Shown here: positions 35,026 through 47,980 of the stretch, piece after piece
Layout of the letters: the number at the start of each line of letters is the position of its first letter
Numbering within the stretch: the stretch's first letter is position 1
Origin: Mobula hypostoma
Taxonomy: Eukaryota
Direction: 5' to 3'
DNA length: 64,000 nt
Assembly: GCF_963921235.1 (NCBI RefSeq)
Contig: NC_086108.1
Span: forward strand, 27,902,001-27,966,000
Program-made: the position numbers and the translations under genes
The notes under the pieces: generated by a model
The model's input: the letters and a program-made list of their open reading frames with translations, nothing else
Told to the model about the DNA's origin: nothing
The model's database searches: none

Positions 35026-37278
35026 TGTCATGGTCCGGTCTGTGAAGTCCGCATTCTAGTTCACAGTCCGGTCCGTGGACCCAGGACTCCGGGTCTTCCA
35101 GCTGTCCTTCACTTGCCTGAGTTAATCATAGGCACCTGATTCCCATCTTGTGGCTTGGAATATAAGTAGCCTTGAGGTTGAGTGTGAGCTGCTGGTTTGT
35201 CTTGTCAAGATCTCCTGGGAGCAACCTGCCAGTGGAAGGCTAGAGCAGCCACTTGTCATCTTTAGGCTGTGTTGGAGAACCATCGCTTCAGAGTCTTGCT
35301 GTCGGTAGTCGGAGCTGTCTTTGCGGTATGGATTCGGCTGTTTCCCAGGCCAGCTGAGTGGCTGCCAACCACTCCGAGCTACGTAGGGATCTGGCTGTTT
35401 CTGTAGCCAGCTGAGGTTGCTGGCTGAACTGAGACTTGGAGCTACCCCGGAGCAGAGATGGAACTGCCTGTCGTTCTTTGGTGTTTATCTCTTCTTGTCC
35501 TCGACTCTGTGGGGTAATCCAGGCTGTTTCACCATTGCCCTGTGGGGCAATTGGTCTTGTCTTGTCCTCACCTCCATGGAGTAAGTCAGGCTGTTTTGCA
35601 GTCGCTCTGTGGGGGTATCTGTCTTGTCTTGTCTTGTCCTTGCCTCCATGGGGTAAGTCAGGCCATTTTGCCATTGCCCTGCAGGGGGATCTATCTTGTC
35701 TTGTCCTTGCCTCTGTTGGGTAAGTCTGGCTGTTTTGCCATTACCCAACAGGTGTTCCTGTCCTTCCTTGGTGTGGAGATAAAGTTGAGTCCTGGCTTGT
35801 CTGTGGATGTGTCCTGGCTCTATGTCTATGTACCGTCCTGTCTCATGTTGGTGTCATGTTAACAATGAGTCCCGGCTGTTTAAAAGACAAGTCCTGGCTC
35901 TATGTTGATGCTCTGTTCCCAGTCGGTCTCTCAGCTCCAGCCTCTGAGTTATCAGCCTCTGCATTTCAAGACGAAGATCCCGCAGCCAAGCTCCAAGAAC
36001 CCAAGCCTCGAAGATCCCGCAACCAAGCCCCAAGAACCCAAGCCTGGAGGATCCCAAGCCAAGCTCCAAGAACACAAGCCTGGAGGATCCCAAGCCAAGC
36101 TCCAAGAACACAAGCCTGGAGGATCCCCAGCCAAGCTCCAAGAACACAAGCCTGGAGGATCCCCAGCCAAGCTCCAAGAACACAAGCCTGGAGGATCCCC
36201 AGCCAAGCTCCAAGAACACAAGCCTGGAGGATCCCCAGCCAAGCTCCAAGAACACAAGCCTGGAGGATCCCCAGCCAAGCTCCAAGAACACAAGCCTGGA
36301 GGATCCCCAGCCAAGCTCCAAGAACACAAGCCTGGAGGATCCCCAGCCAAGCTCCAAGAACACAAGCCTGGAGGATCCCCAGCCAAGCTCCAAGAACACA
36401 AGCCTGGAGGATCCCCAGCCAAGCTCCAAGAACACAAGCCTGGAGGATCCCCAGCCAAGCTCCAAGAACACAAGCCTGGAGGATCCCCAGCCAAGCTCCA
36501 AGAACACAAGCCTGGAGGATCCCCAGCCAAGCTCCAAGAACACAAGCCTGGAGGATCCCCAGCCAAGCTCCAAGAACACAAGCCTGGAGGATCCCCAGCC
36601 AAGCTCCAAGAACACAAGCCTGGAGGATCCCCAGCCAAGCTCCAAGAACACAAGCCTGGAGGATCCCCAGCCAAGCTCCAAGAACACAAGCCTGGAGGAT
36701 CCCCAGCCAAGCTCCAAGAACACAAGCCTGGAGGATCCCCAGCCAAGCTCCAAGAACACAAGCCTGGAGGATCCCCAGCCAAGCTCCAAGAACACAAGCC
36801 TGGAGGATCCCCAGCCAAGCTCCAAGAACACAAGCCAGCCTCCAAGCTCACGACCCAAGGCCCCAGCCTGCAGCCAAGCTCAAGACCCAAGGCCCCAGCC
36901 TGCAGCCAAGCTCAAGACCCAAGAACCCAGCCTCAAGCCTCAAGAGCAAAGTCCCCAGCCTGTCTCCAAGCTCAGGCCTCTAGACCCCAGCCACCTCCTG
37001 TTCTGAAGCCATGTCTTGTCCTTGCCTGGTTCTGGGGTCCGAGCCTGAGGCAAGTCCTGGGTTCTGGGTCCTTGTGCAGTCTCGGACTCGGAGTCGAAGC
37101 CTTGTCTCCTAGTCCATGGTTTCTGGTCCTAGTCTTGCTTTCCCTAGCCCAAGTCTGCGTTCTTGTCTCTGCTCCTGGTCTGAATCCTGTCACGTCCCTA
37201 CTCTAGTCAAGTGCTGTTCCTTGTACTACAGTATCTGTGTCTCACATTTGGGTCCGTTCTCAGCACCCCAGTGTGACA
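35026..37278 (+). mobile_element. Solo LTR (Gypsy-type), expanded to 2253 bp by internal tandem repeats
   Basis: TGTCA...TGACA termini, 5-bp TSD GGGAT (35021-35025 / 37279-37283), TATAAG at 35161, catttgggtcc near the 3' end (also seen in the LTR at 38765+). Confidence 0.8.
35986..36836. repeat. 36-bp minisatellite, about 23-24 units
   Basis: Unit ccaagctccaagaacacaagcctggaggatccccag; 20 identical copies 36095-36814, diverged copies on the left edge; no spacers. Confidence 0.97.
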
Positions 37279-37310
37279 GGGATGGGGGGAAGGGAGGGGT
37301 GGGAATTACA

Positions 37311-38740
37311 CCACTGGCTAGAGGGGGCCAAGAAGCCTTTATCATTTGGACAGACCAAAGAACCAGACTTGTATTCAGGAGTCCAAGAGGTTGAATTCCA
37401 AGCAGGCCAGGTGGGCTTTGTTCTTTAACTGCTTTAATTTCATCCTGACCTATCGACAGGGGTCAAAGAACCAGAAGCTAGACACCTTGTTCCATCAGTT
37501 GGATGAACAGGAATGAGAGAAGCAGCCTACCACTATCTTGCCCCAATCCAAGGTAGTAGGGCCAATTCATTGGGGAGTCGACGCTCTTGTTCACAAGACA
37601 GAAGTGGAAGGGGAGATTCCTGAGAACAGTCCTCCGGGTCAACTGTTCATCCCAAGTTCCACCTGGTCCCAGGTACTCCAACAGGGACATACAGTGAGAA
37701 GGACTGCTCATCCAGGGATTGCCAGAACTCTTGAGTTTGTCGAAAGGAGGTATTGGTGGCCCAGAATGATGAAATAGGATTGGCAGTACGTGCAGGCATG
37801 CAAGGTGTGCGCATGAAACAAGGAGCCCCGAACCCAACCTCAAGGGCTCCTCCACCTCCTACCTGTTCCGGAAAGACCATGGCCGCACGTCTCCACGGAC
37901 TTTGTCATGGGTCTACTGCCATCCAAGGGGAAGACTGTCATCTTGGTAATTATCGATCAGTTTTCGAAAGCCCTTGCAAGTTCATTGCTTCGGAGAAGAC
38001 CAACCAAGGTTTAGAACTCACTAAGATGCCTGGCCTCAAAAAATCTGGATGAGTGGTGCGACCATTGGATGTGGGCAGAGGTCACCCTCATCACCTTACA
38101 GTATTTAGCACATGGGATGTCACTGTTTGGTTATCCTCCACCTCTCTTTCTGGAGCAGGAGGCCAAGGTTGGGGCCCCTGCACCCAAAGATCTCATCCAA
38201 CGCTACAAGCAAAAATGGAGTAGGGCAAGAGACTATTTGCTGGGCTCTATCTGGAAGATGGAAACCAAGGTGAACCAAAGGAGAAGGCAGGGACTCACTT
38301 TCCAGGCTGGGCAACAGGTCTGGCTGCCCACTCATGAATTGCTTCTCTAGCTGGAGTCTCTAAAGATGGCGCCCAAGTTCATTGGACCCTTCAGCGTTCT
38401 GAGGAAAGTAAACATGGTGGCTTACACCTTGCAGCTCCACAAGACCCTAAAGATCAATCCCACCTTCCACACCTCTAAATTAAAACCTGTCTGACCCAGC
38501 CCATTACCCCACCATTACAGCCCTGATACCACCTAGGTTCATCAATGGGGAACAGATCTTCACTGTAAGAAGACTTTCAGACTGACGAACCATACGGGGT
38601 GCTCAGCAATAGCTCATGGACTAGGAAGGATTCGGACCCCAGGAAAGGTGCTGGGTGCCTGAAGCAGACATCTTGGATCTGGTTACCATCACCACCTCTC
38701 TGAGCAGCCAGGGCCGTCAGGAGTCAGCCGTAGTGGGGGC
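37311..38740 (+). pseudogene. pol: Ty3/Gypsy chromovirus (sushi-like) pol remnant: RNase H end, integrase, chromodomain
   Basis: [88 protein letters not shown], chromo-like EGFGPQERCWVP; stops, frameshifts and an internal deletion. Confidence 0.9.
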
Positions 38741-38764
38741 GGGGTGGTGGGGGGGACGGGATCC

Positions 38765-39075
38765 TGTTATGAGACGCTCCCAAATGTGCCACCTTCTGGG
38801 ATTTAGACGCTCTAATTCTTTAGAGTATGGATAGCTGGCATGACCCCTTTATGGGTTCAGGATGCTCCCACTAAGTGGCAATCATGTTTTAGGCATGAAG
38901 AATTGAGTATTTAAAGAGCACCTGAACTGAAGTTCGGTGTTCAATCATAAGCCTACTAGCGATTTCGTCTGGTGACGGTTTTGTGATCAGTACTCAATCC
39001 AGTTTGATACCGTGTCTCAATCCTTGTTTTGGAGACTCCAGCATTTGGGTCCAAACTAAAAGACTCTCATCAGTT
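38765..39075 (+). repeat. 3' LTR of the Gypsy remnant
   Basis: G-rich PPT at 38731-38760, then TGTTA; TATTTAAA box at about 38909; catttgggtcc at about 39041; 3' end unclear. Confidence 0.6.
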
Positions 39076-39539
39076 ATAAGCTTAAGCGCTTATAAACTGT
39101 AGGAGGCTAGAGGAGTTGACATACTGTATATAACTCCCTTAAGGGTCTTCTTACCCCTGCAGTTTCTTAACTCTAACCACAAGGATCTTACATCTTCCAA
39201 TACTACGTCATCTCTTTCTAAGGATCTCATTTTTTACCAACAGAGCCACGTCACCTCCCTCTCCAGCCTGTCCTTTCAATATAATGTTAAGCTCCCAGCT
39301 ATAATCTTTTTTCAGACACAACTCAGTGATGCGCACAACATCATACCTGTCTATCTCTACACTACAAGATCACTTCTATTATTCTATATACTGTGTGCAT
39401 TCAAATATAACATCGTCAGTCTTGTATCCATCACCCTTTTCGATTTTGTCCTACTTTAACATTACAACTCATTCCACTGACAACAAATTTGCCCTATCAT
39501 CTGCCGGTATTTCCTAACAGTCTTAGTACACCCTGTCTT

Positions 39540-39890
39540 GGAGTGAAGAGGGCTTAGGGATGACCTTACAGATATTTATAAAGTTATGAAGGGCCTGGGT
39601 AAGGTGAAGGGTCACAGTCTCTTTCCCAGGGTAGGGGAGACCCATCACCATTTTAAGTAGGGACGGCTCAGGTTTAAACGACCTGAGGAGCAGGAGATTT
39701 GCACAGAGGGTGGTGGGTTTTTGGGACCAGCTATCTGAAGAAGAGCTAGAGGTGGGTACAGATTTACTTTAAAGATGTTTGTACAGGTCAATAGATAGGA
39801 AGGGAACATGGGATTAGTTCAGGCACCCTGGTCAGAATGGACAAGTTGGGTCAAAGAGAACTTTCCCATGCTGTATGACTCCGACTATGT
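39540..39890 (+). mobile_element. Degenerate CR1 3' end
   Basis: LRDDLTDIYKVMKG, SLFPRVG motifs and a CR1 3' UTR. Confidence 0.7.
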
Positions 39891-40299
39891 TCCAAAAGAG
39901 AAATGTTACCTAAAATCAGTCAGACTGAATGTTGGTAGAATGAATTAAGATAAATTAAATTCTAAATAAATAAAGTGTGGAATTGATTATTAAGACGAAA
40001 CCTGACGTCTCCCTATAGAATATCCAATAAATACCAAAGAATGTGAGGAGAAAGAGTTGCTCCTCTCAGGTCTCTTCTTGATGTATTTTTGAGGAGGTGA
40101 CTTTGGTGAATCTTGGAATGCTCTAGGGTATTGTAAATTTGATTCAATTCCATCTGTAATAAGTCTGTACAACCACCATATTGTTAGTAAAAGGAGGTAG
40201 TAGCACTGAATTAAATGGCAGGGCATATAACAGTTAGTACAAGTTTTTTGGGGCTGTATTAGGATAGGAAGACATGGACATTCATTCCCATGTGCATAG

Positions 40300-40630
40300 T
40301 TTCATAGATTTAAAGAGTTATCCTGCACAGAAACAATCTCTTCAGCTCAGCTCATCCATGTCAAACAAGGTTTCCATCAATGCTAGTTCCATTTGACTGA
40401 ATTTCATTAAAATCCTTTTAAATCTCCCCTTTACATTTTCCTGTCCAGGTATCTTTTAGAACTTGTAATTATACACACTTCCTCTGGCAACTCATTTCAT
40501 ATAGCTACCAACCTCTGTGTGGAAAAGTTTCCCCTCGGATCCCTTTTACAGTTTTCCCTTCTCACCTCAAATCCATGCCTTCTAGTTTTAGATTCCTCTG
40601 ACCTGGAGCAAAACCAGTGATCATTCACCT
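40300..40630 (-). mobile_element. Degenerate CR1 3' end
   Basis: Reverse complement of CR1 terminal ORF and UTR, like 56615-56930. Confidence 0.65.
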
Positions 40631-40639
40631 CACGTGAGG

Positions 40640-41032
40640 TCTCCATCAGTCAGGGTCAACCAAAGATGTTACATCCCAGCTGTTTAGATACACAAGCCAG
40701 GGCAGTACAATATGAAGAGAAACCTGTTTTCTGCAGCAGGCTACCCTCTCCACACATCTGATGCATCCAAAGGAACGACAGAGACCAATACATTTTTGCA
40801 CCAGCAACATCGCAGAAGTTGCCAGTCAGCATTGAACTCAAAGTGGTACTGCCGTTAGGGACTCCTTGTCCAGATTTTTCCCTTGAGGTTTACTCCTGAA
40901 TTCTTCCTCATGAGTGGGTATAGCTGCAATGCAGTAGAGGTTTGAGTTCTGGTTTCCTTCTCCTAGATGTGCTGCCAGCTGTAGCTGACAAGCTACATCT
41001 GCCCAAAGCAACTGGTTTCAAGCACCAGTAAC
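40640..41032 (-). mobile_element. RTE-like non-coding element, 5'-truncated
   Basis: Reverse complement of 63665-64000 (gttgccagtcagcattgaac, ttagggactcc, gtttactcc, ccttctcctagatg). Confidence 0.75.
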
Positions 41033-41039
41033 GTACCCT

Positions 41040-43110
41040 TGCCCCTGAGGAATACCACTGATCAGTAGCAGCCAACCAGAAAAGTTTCCCTTGCTGCCTG
41101 TCAGCCATTCCTCTATCCATGCCAGTATCCTTCCTGTAATGCCGTGAGATTTTATCTTGTTAAGCAGCCTCATGTGTGGCACCTTATCAAATCCCTTCTG
41201 AAAATCCAAGTAAATGACATCTGCTGCCTCTCCTTTGTCCAACCTGCTTGTTACTTCCTCAAAGAACTCTAACAAATTTGTCAGGCAAGATATCCCTTTC
41301 CAGAAACCATGCTGACTTTGACTTATTTTGTCATTAGTCTCCAAGTACCCTAAAACCTCATCTTTAATAATAGATTCCAACACTTTCTTAACCACTTGTG
41401 GTTAGGCTAACTGGCCTATAATTTATTTTCTTTTGCCTTCCTCCCTTCTTAAAGAGTAGAGTGACATCTGCAATCTTCCAGTCCTCTGGGACCATGTCAG
41501 AGTCAAGTGATTCTTGAAAGATCATGACCAATGCATCTGTTATCTCTTCAGGATCCTCTCTCAGGACTCTGCGATGTAGTCCATCTGATCCAGGTAACTT
41601 ATCCACCTAAAGACCTTTGCGGTTGCCTAGCACTTTTTCCTTTATAATAGCAATGGTACCCACTCCTACTTGCTGACACTCACAGACCTCTGGCACACTG
41701 CTAGTGTCTTCCACAGTGAAGTCTGATGCAACGTACCCTTTAAGTTCATCTGCCATTTCTTTGTCCCCCATTACTACCTCACCAGCACCATTTTCCAGTC
41801 GTCCAATATCACTCTCACCTCCCTTTTACTCCGTATATAACAGAAAAAAAAGCTTTTGGTATCCTGCTTTGGTTAGTTTGCCCTCATATTTAATCTTTTC
41901 CCTTCTTATAGTTCTTTAGTTGCCTTTTGTTGGATTTTAAAAGTTTCCCAATCATCCAACTTCCCACTCACTTTTGCTACCTTGCATGCCTTTTCCTTGG
42001 CTTTTATGCAATCCTTAACTTCCCTTGTCAGCCACAGTTGCCTAACATTGCCATTTGAGAACAACTTCTTCTGTGGGACATATCTATCTTGCACCTTGTG
42101 AACTATTTCCAAAAACTTCAGCCATCTCTGTTCTGCCATCATCCCCGCCAGTATCCTCCTCCAATCCACCTGGGCAAGCTTCTCCCTCATGCCTCTGTAA
42201 TTCCCTTTATTCCATTGCGATGCTGATACATATGACTTGTGCTTCTCCCTCTCAAATTGTAGTATGAATTCAATAATATTATGTTGACTGTTCCCCATGG
42301 GTTCCTTTATATTAAGCTCCATAATAAGATCTGGGTTATAACACAACACCCAATCTAAGATAGCCTTTCCCTGGTAGGCTCAAGCACAAGCTGCTCTAAA
42401 AAGCCATCTCATAGGCATTCAACAAATTCCCTCTCTTGAGATCTGACACTTTGATTTTCCAATCCCCTTGCATATTGAAATTCCCCATTACAATTGTGAC
42501 ATTACCCTTATTACATGCCTTTTCCAGCTGCCTTTGCAATCTCAACCCACATCTTGGTTACTGTTTAGAAGCCTATATATGATTCCCATAATGGTTTTTT
42601 TATCCTTGCAATTTCTTAACTCCACACACAAAGATTCAACATTTTCTGACCTTATGCCACCTGTTTCTAAAGATGAAATTCCATCTTTTACTAACAGAAC
42701 CACCTATACCTTCCTGCCTGTCCTTTCAAAACCAAGTATATCCTTTAGTGTTAAGCTCCCAGCTATGGCCTTCTTTCAGCCATGACTCAGTGATGCCCAC
42801 AACGTCATACTGACCAATCTCTAGTTGCAAATGCTACATGCATTTAAATACATCACCTTCAATCCTGCATTCTTCACCCTTTTGATTATTGCCTCGTTGG
42901 TACAATTTAACTCTTTGCTCCATCTGCATTTGTACCCTCCAATTGGCTTGTCCTTCCTTACATTCATGTTACATCCATCATCTACTTGTAAACCTGCTGG
43001 CTCAGCCTCAGCTCTATCATACTGGTTCCCATCCCACTGTCATATTAATTCAAACCACTCCCAATAGGTCTAGTAAACCTATCCATAAAAATATTCATCC
43101 CCCTTGGAAT
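41040..43110 (-). mobile_element. CR1 LINE internal fragment (endonuclease C-part, tether, RT N-half)
   Basis: PGSDGLH.RVLRE, VPEDWKIADVTLLFKKGGRQ..NYRPVSLT, SQHGFWKGISCLTNLLEFF, DVIYLDFQKGFDKVPH; a related 5' piece sits at 39170-39530. Confidence 0.92.
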
Positions 43111-43959
43111 CATTGAACAAAATAAAATGCTCAAGTCTGACAATGTCCATTGATAGTGTTTGGGGTCAGATAGAACGGGACCCTGTCCCAACCCATTCCG
43201 TCAAATAATAATTTAATGTCAGGATGGGAGCTTATGCTCTCTCCAAAATGAGTCAAATTTAAATCCTGGGGCACAACCACTCTCTCATCTTTCAGCATCC
43301 CCCACACCCTCCCTCTCAGAATAATTCAGCAATTGAAAAAGATTTGCTGTTTTCACAAGTATAGCAGATGGTGTTCACTTCAGCAAAAGCATGTAGGGAG
43401 TTGTATTGTTCTGCTAATCCTTACAGGATACAATCCAGCAAAGCAAATTTATTCAGGGCTTCACTGTCATATTGGGAAATGCTAGTATTAATGGCTCCAG
43501 GCTGAGTACAGGAAGTGACTCATCTATTTGGTTTCCAATTCATTAATTTCTGATTAAAGGCAACACAGGAGATATTGACCTCTACAGCCAGAATCATTTC
43601 ACTGTCCAGCAGAGCCCAGGATTCAGAAAAACTGCTTTAGCAAGTCTGCAGGTATTATGCAAAACTCATACAACGAGCTAACCAGATGCAAAAAGCCCAG
43701 TTACGGAAGAGAAGTTGGTAAAGCAATGGGGTAGCAGGGGGGAGATGATTAACAAGCTGGTCGGGAGAGGAAATTAGTCTGGGGAGGAGGTGGGTGGATA
43801 AAGTAAAAGAGTTTGGACAGAATGGAGGGAAGAAAGGGGAATCGATAAGTTTTATGGTACTGATGAAGGTGGAGAAGTGATGAAAATGTGAAGAAAACTA
43901 TCCCCCTCGAGAGCAGGGTATTGGTATATAATTACACTTAACAAGATATAATCAAAAGC

Positions 43960-44500
43960 ATTTGTGTAAGCCACCCATGCATATCATTTCAAAACATAAT
44001 ACTTTGATGTAGTACAAGAGAAAGGCAATAACAGAAAGCAGAATATAGCATTAAAGAGAAAATGCAGTGCAGGTAGACAATAAAGTGCAAAGGTCATTAT
44101 GATGGGGACTGTGAGGTCAAGAGCTCCATCTTTAACGTACAAGAGGTAGGTTCAAGATTCTTATAACAGCAGGATAGAAACAGATCTTAAGCCTGGTACA
44201 CAAGAGATTTCTCATTTGTTGGAAATCTTGACCAACACACACACAATACTGATATTTCAGGCCAAGTTTCAAGCTTTTATCAGATGGAAGGGAGGAGAAG
44301 AAAGAATGTCTGGGTTGGGTATGGTCTTTGATTGTGCCGGCTGCTTTTCTGAGACAGAGGGGAGTTGGTTTTCGTATGGGCTGAACTATGCTCATGACTC
44401 ACCGCATTTTCTTTCAGTCTTAGGTAGAGCAGTTACTATACCAAACTGCACTGCATCGTCACAGAATTGTGTCTTTGGTATATCAATGAGAAAAAGATGG
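43960..44500 (-). mobile_element. Degenerate Rex1-like LINE 3' end
   Basis: Minus ORF CLRKAAGTIKDHTQPRHSFFSSLPS...TRLKICFYPAVIRILN. Confidence 0.7.
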
Positions 44501-46019
44501 ATACCTGGTGGATAGAGAGGGAGGGTTTTAAAGACTCTTCATCTCATGTTCTAGATAGCTATTGCTTATTTATTTATTTTTATTATCACTTCTTTCTGCA
44601 TTTGCACAGTTAGTTGTCTTTTGTACACTGGCTGTCTGCCCTTTAGGTGCAGTCTTGCATTGATGGTTATTAAATTTATTGAGCGTTCCCACAAAGAAAT
44701 GAATCTGCAGGAGAAAGGAAGGAAACAAGGCCAAATACCATCTGTATTGGAAAAGCAGTATTAGCAAACATATTTGCAATTCCCTTTCCTGTCGTTTGTG
44801 GGAATTATTAGTACAGGAGTTTCACTGGAGTTGTAAGTATTAAGCAACTGAAGTCACAATCAGATCTAATCTAATCTAGCAAACAATGAAGTAGATCGAA
44901 TGCACCAGGAAAGAAAATCAAATATCAACATTTAGATAAATTATTAGAAAAGAAAGCTTGACTTTTTAAAGGAGGTCCTCCCAGCTGTTTTCCAGTGACT
45001 GCAGCTGGAGTATCTGATGGAGGGTCAGGCTCTGTATTGTACACAACAGCAGGCTCATAAAGAGGGAAATGTCAGCTTCTAAATCACGACAGTAATTACA
45101 TCCTCCAAGGAATTATTCAAGCCCATTTCAGCATGGTGCCTCAGTGTGACTGTAACCTTTTAAGTAACCATCTTCAGATGTAAATGTATTTAACTCTTCA
45201 GGTGCCAGTACATGGTCCCCATTTCAAAGCACAGGAATCAGCTGTTTCAGAATCGTTCTTAGTAAAGAAGTTTTTGCTTGCGCTTTGTAATGTGGAAATA
45301 TAGGTAAAATACTGAAGGTGAGTAGGTTGACCTTTGAGTGGAAGCTTTTCTCTACTTCTACCCCAACCCAATCCACTCCTGTAATTCCCAGCGAGTCTGT
45401 AGCAGAGAGAATAGTTACACTAGACACAGGTTGGTAATAAACTGGAGCGCTACTAACACAAATGCAGATTTTTACTGCCTCGTGAGACTCTGATGTCTCG
45501 AAGGCTTCAAGCACAGTCACAGATAAGCAGGATGCAAAAACAAAATTAAAGGCATGTAATGCACAGCAATATCTGATGGATATATACACTCAAACAACTC
45601 ATTTTCAAAGCAGAGCAGGGGAGTTGTTGCCAATATCCTGGTCCATTTTTCTCCCTCAGCTAAAAATCACAAAAATAAGCCACCAAAATGACAATTTCTC
45701 TTTCCAATTCTTTCTATTGAATTACTAACCAACACCCATCATATTTCATATGCACTCTTTAGACAACCGGATATACTTTATAATTTATTGTTGCCAAACA
45801 ATTGATACTAGAGCGTACAATCATCACAGCGATATTTGATTCTGCGCTCCACGCTCCTTATCATATCGTAGAATATCATAGAATCTGTTACACAAATGCA
45901 AGACATCGCCCTTAGAACAAAACAAAGGCAACTAAAATTATTCTAAAGGCCACTATTAAATCAGTTGAAAAGGTTAATTTAAAGGAGTGTTGCAGATAAG
46001 TGTGGTAGTAACGAGCAAA

Positions 46020-46570
46020 GCTTATTTTAGTTTTTTGAGCAGTCATGGGACTGCCAAAGACTATGAGGCCATTAAAAGATGCTCAAGGACAGGTTGTTAA
46101 GGACTCACAGGGTATAGCAGAGATAATAAATGTGTATTTTACAACAGCCCTCACTCTTGTACTTAATGTTCGTGTGACAGAATTAAAGAGTGTTGTTAGC
46201 AATAAAACTATGAATGTTAAAATAGATGAATTAACAATTTTAGGAAGCACTAAAAACCTTGAAATAAATAGGACTGCCAAGCAGGATGATATATATTCCA
46301 AGAAATGGGACATGAGCTCTTTGAGGATTCTGCCCATACCCTTAATAGCTCCCTGGAGACTGGAACTGCGCCCTTACAATAGAAGATGTCAGTATCTTTA
46401 AAAGGGAAATTAAGAAGGATCTGGGTAACACTGAGCTCATTATTCTAATGTAAGGAAAAAGAAAGATACTTGAGCAAATGATTAGAGATGTAATCTAAAT
46501 ACAGGAAGAAGGATGTCAGGGACACATACTCAGGGAGGTCACATCATTCTAGACTGCTGGTGCTTTTTAA
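46020..46570 (+). mobile_element. Very degenerate CR1-like ORF2 fragment
   Basis: PLKDAQGQVVKDSQGIAEIINVYFT; later KGKLRRIW / DPGN-like motifs. Confidence 0.55.
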
Positions 46571-47149
46571 AGATGTTAAGTAAGTGAGAGAGAAACCCAG
46601 GTGCTTCTGGTAGAACACTGCACACACAGCAAGTTTCAACACAAGGATAAAGCCCGAGCTATGAAAGCAACTTGATGCACCCAATTGACAGCAACAACAA
46701 ATAGAGGGACAAGGAGGTGGTACGGTGATCAGCGGCCGAGGTGAACGGTGACCACCAGGAGAGGCACAGGGATGTTATAATGGCAGCTAAGAGGGATGAC
46801 AGTAGATAAAGAAGGGCAAGTGATGACACAGTGATACCGCGGTGATTTTATATGCATAGGTCTGGATATGAATCTAACTGGCAATTCATAGCGATCAACC
46901 TTAAACTTGTTATGTTGAATGGTCATTGGAGGATGGGGGAAGAGATCATTGAGAGATGCCTTGTATTCCACAGACGGAGGACTCCTTGGCAGAAGCTGCC
47001 AAAGTTTTCTGGCACGTGTGGAGACACTTGTAGGCTTCCTCCAGTACATCCCAAGGTGTGGTGGATGTTAATGCAAATGACACATTTCACTGTATGTTTC
47101 GATGTACATGTGACAAATAAATGAATCTGAATTTGAATCTAAATCTTAA

Positions 47150-47980
47150 CTTGCATAATAGAGAATTGAACAACACAGCACAGAAAAAGCCCTTTAACCG
47201 ACAGTCTACACTGAATACAATGAAAATTTAAATTAATTATCTTCTGCTTGTACATGATTCATATACTTCCACTTCCTGCAGTCATGTGCTTTTTGTAACA
47301 CCCTCTTAAATGTCACTATCATAATGGCTTACCTTGCAGCTCATTCCAGGTACCCACCACTCTCTATGTTAAAAAGAAACTTTCCCCTACACATTTCCTT
47401 TAATCTTTCCTCCACTCACCTTAACTTTGACATTTCCATTCTGAGAAAGAAAAGATACTGACTATCTACCCTGTCAATACCTCACAATGGTTTATAAACT
47501 TCCACCATATTGGGTCTACACCCCCAGCCTCTGTCATTCCAGAGAAAACAACTCAAATGTATCCAAGCTCATACCCCATACACTCTAATTCAGGTCATAG
47601 CCCATATCCTCTAATCCAGGCAGCATCCTGGTAAACCTTCTCTGCACTGTTTCCAAAGTCTCCCCATCCTTGCAGTATTGGGGTGATTAAAATTGCACAT
47701 AATACTCCACGTGCAGTCTAACTAGTGTTTTATATGGCTGCAACATGACTTTCTTACTCTAATACCCAATGTCCTGACCATTGAGGAAATCATGCCCCTT
47801 GCAGGAGATTTGGACTGAAACCACAAGATTCTTCTGTACATCAATGCTGTTCAGGGTTCTGCCATTAACATTCCTCTTGCATTTATCCTCCCAAAGTGCA
47901 ACATTTCACACTTACTCAGATTAAACGCCACCTGCCATTTTTCTGCCATTATCAGAAACTGATCTATATCCTGCTGTATC
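47150..47980 (-). mobile_element. CR1 LINE 3' fragment (continues at about 50517-50740)
   Basis: Reverse complement of CR1 3' half; the sequence resumes colinearly after the Rex1 insertion. Confidence 0.8.

Noticed and set aside
36095..36814. CRISPR array (36-bp repeat length)
   Set aside because: Units are directly head-to-tail with no spacers, there are no cas genes, and the context is a vertebrate genome.
35854..37206. Four overlapping 312-434 aa ORFs as protein-coding genes
   Set aside because: They arise because the 36-bp unit has no stop in any of the six frames; they sit inside a TSD-flanked LTR and show no domain.
45200..45589. Coding exon (plus-strand AG...GTGAGT, or the 121-aa minus ORF)
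   Set aside because: The plus-strand candidate has stops in all frames, and the minus ORF has no recognisable homology or clear splice sites.
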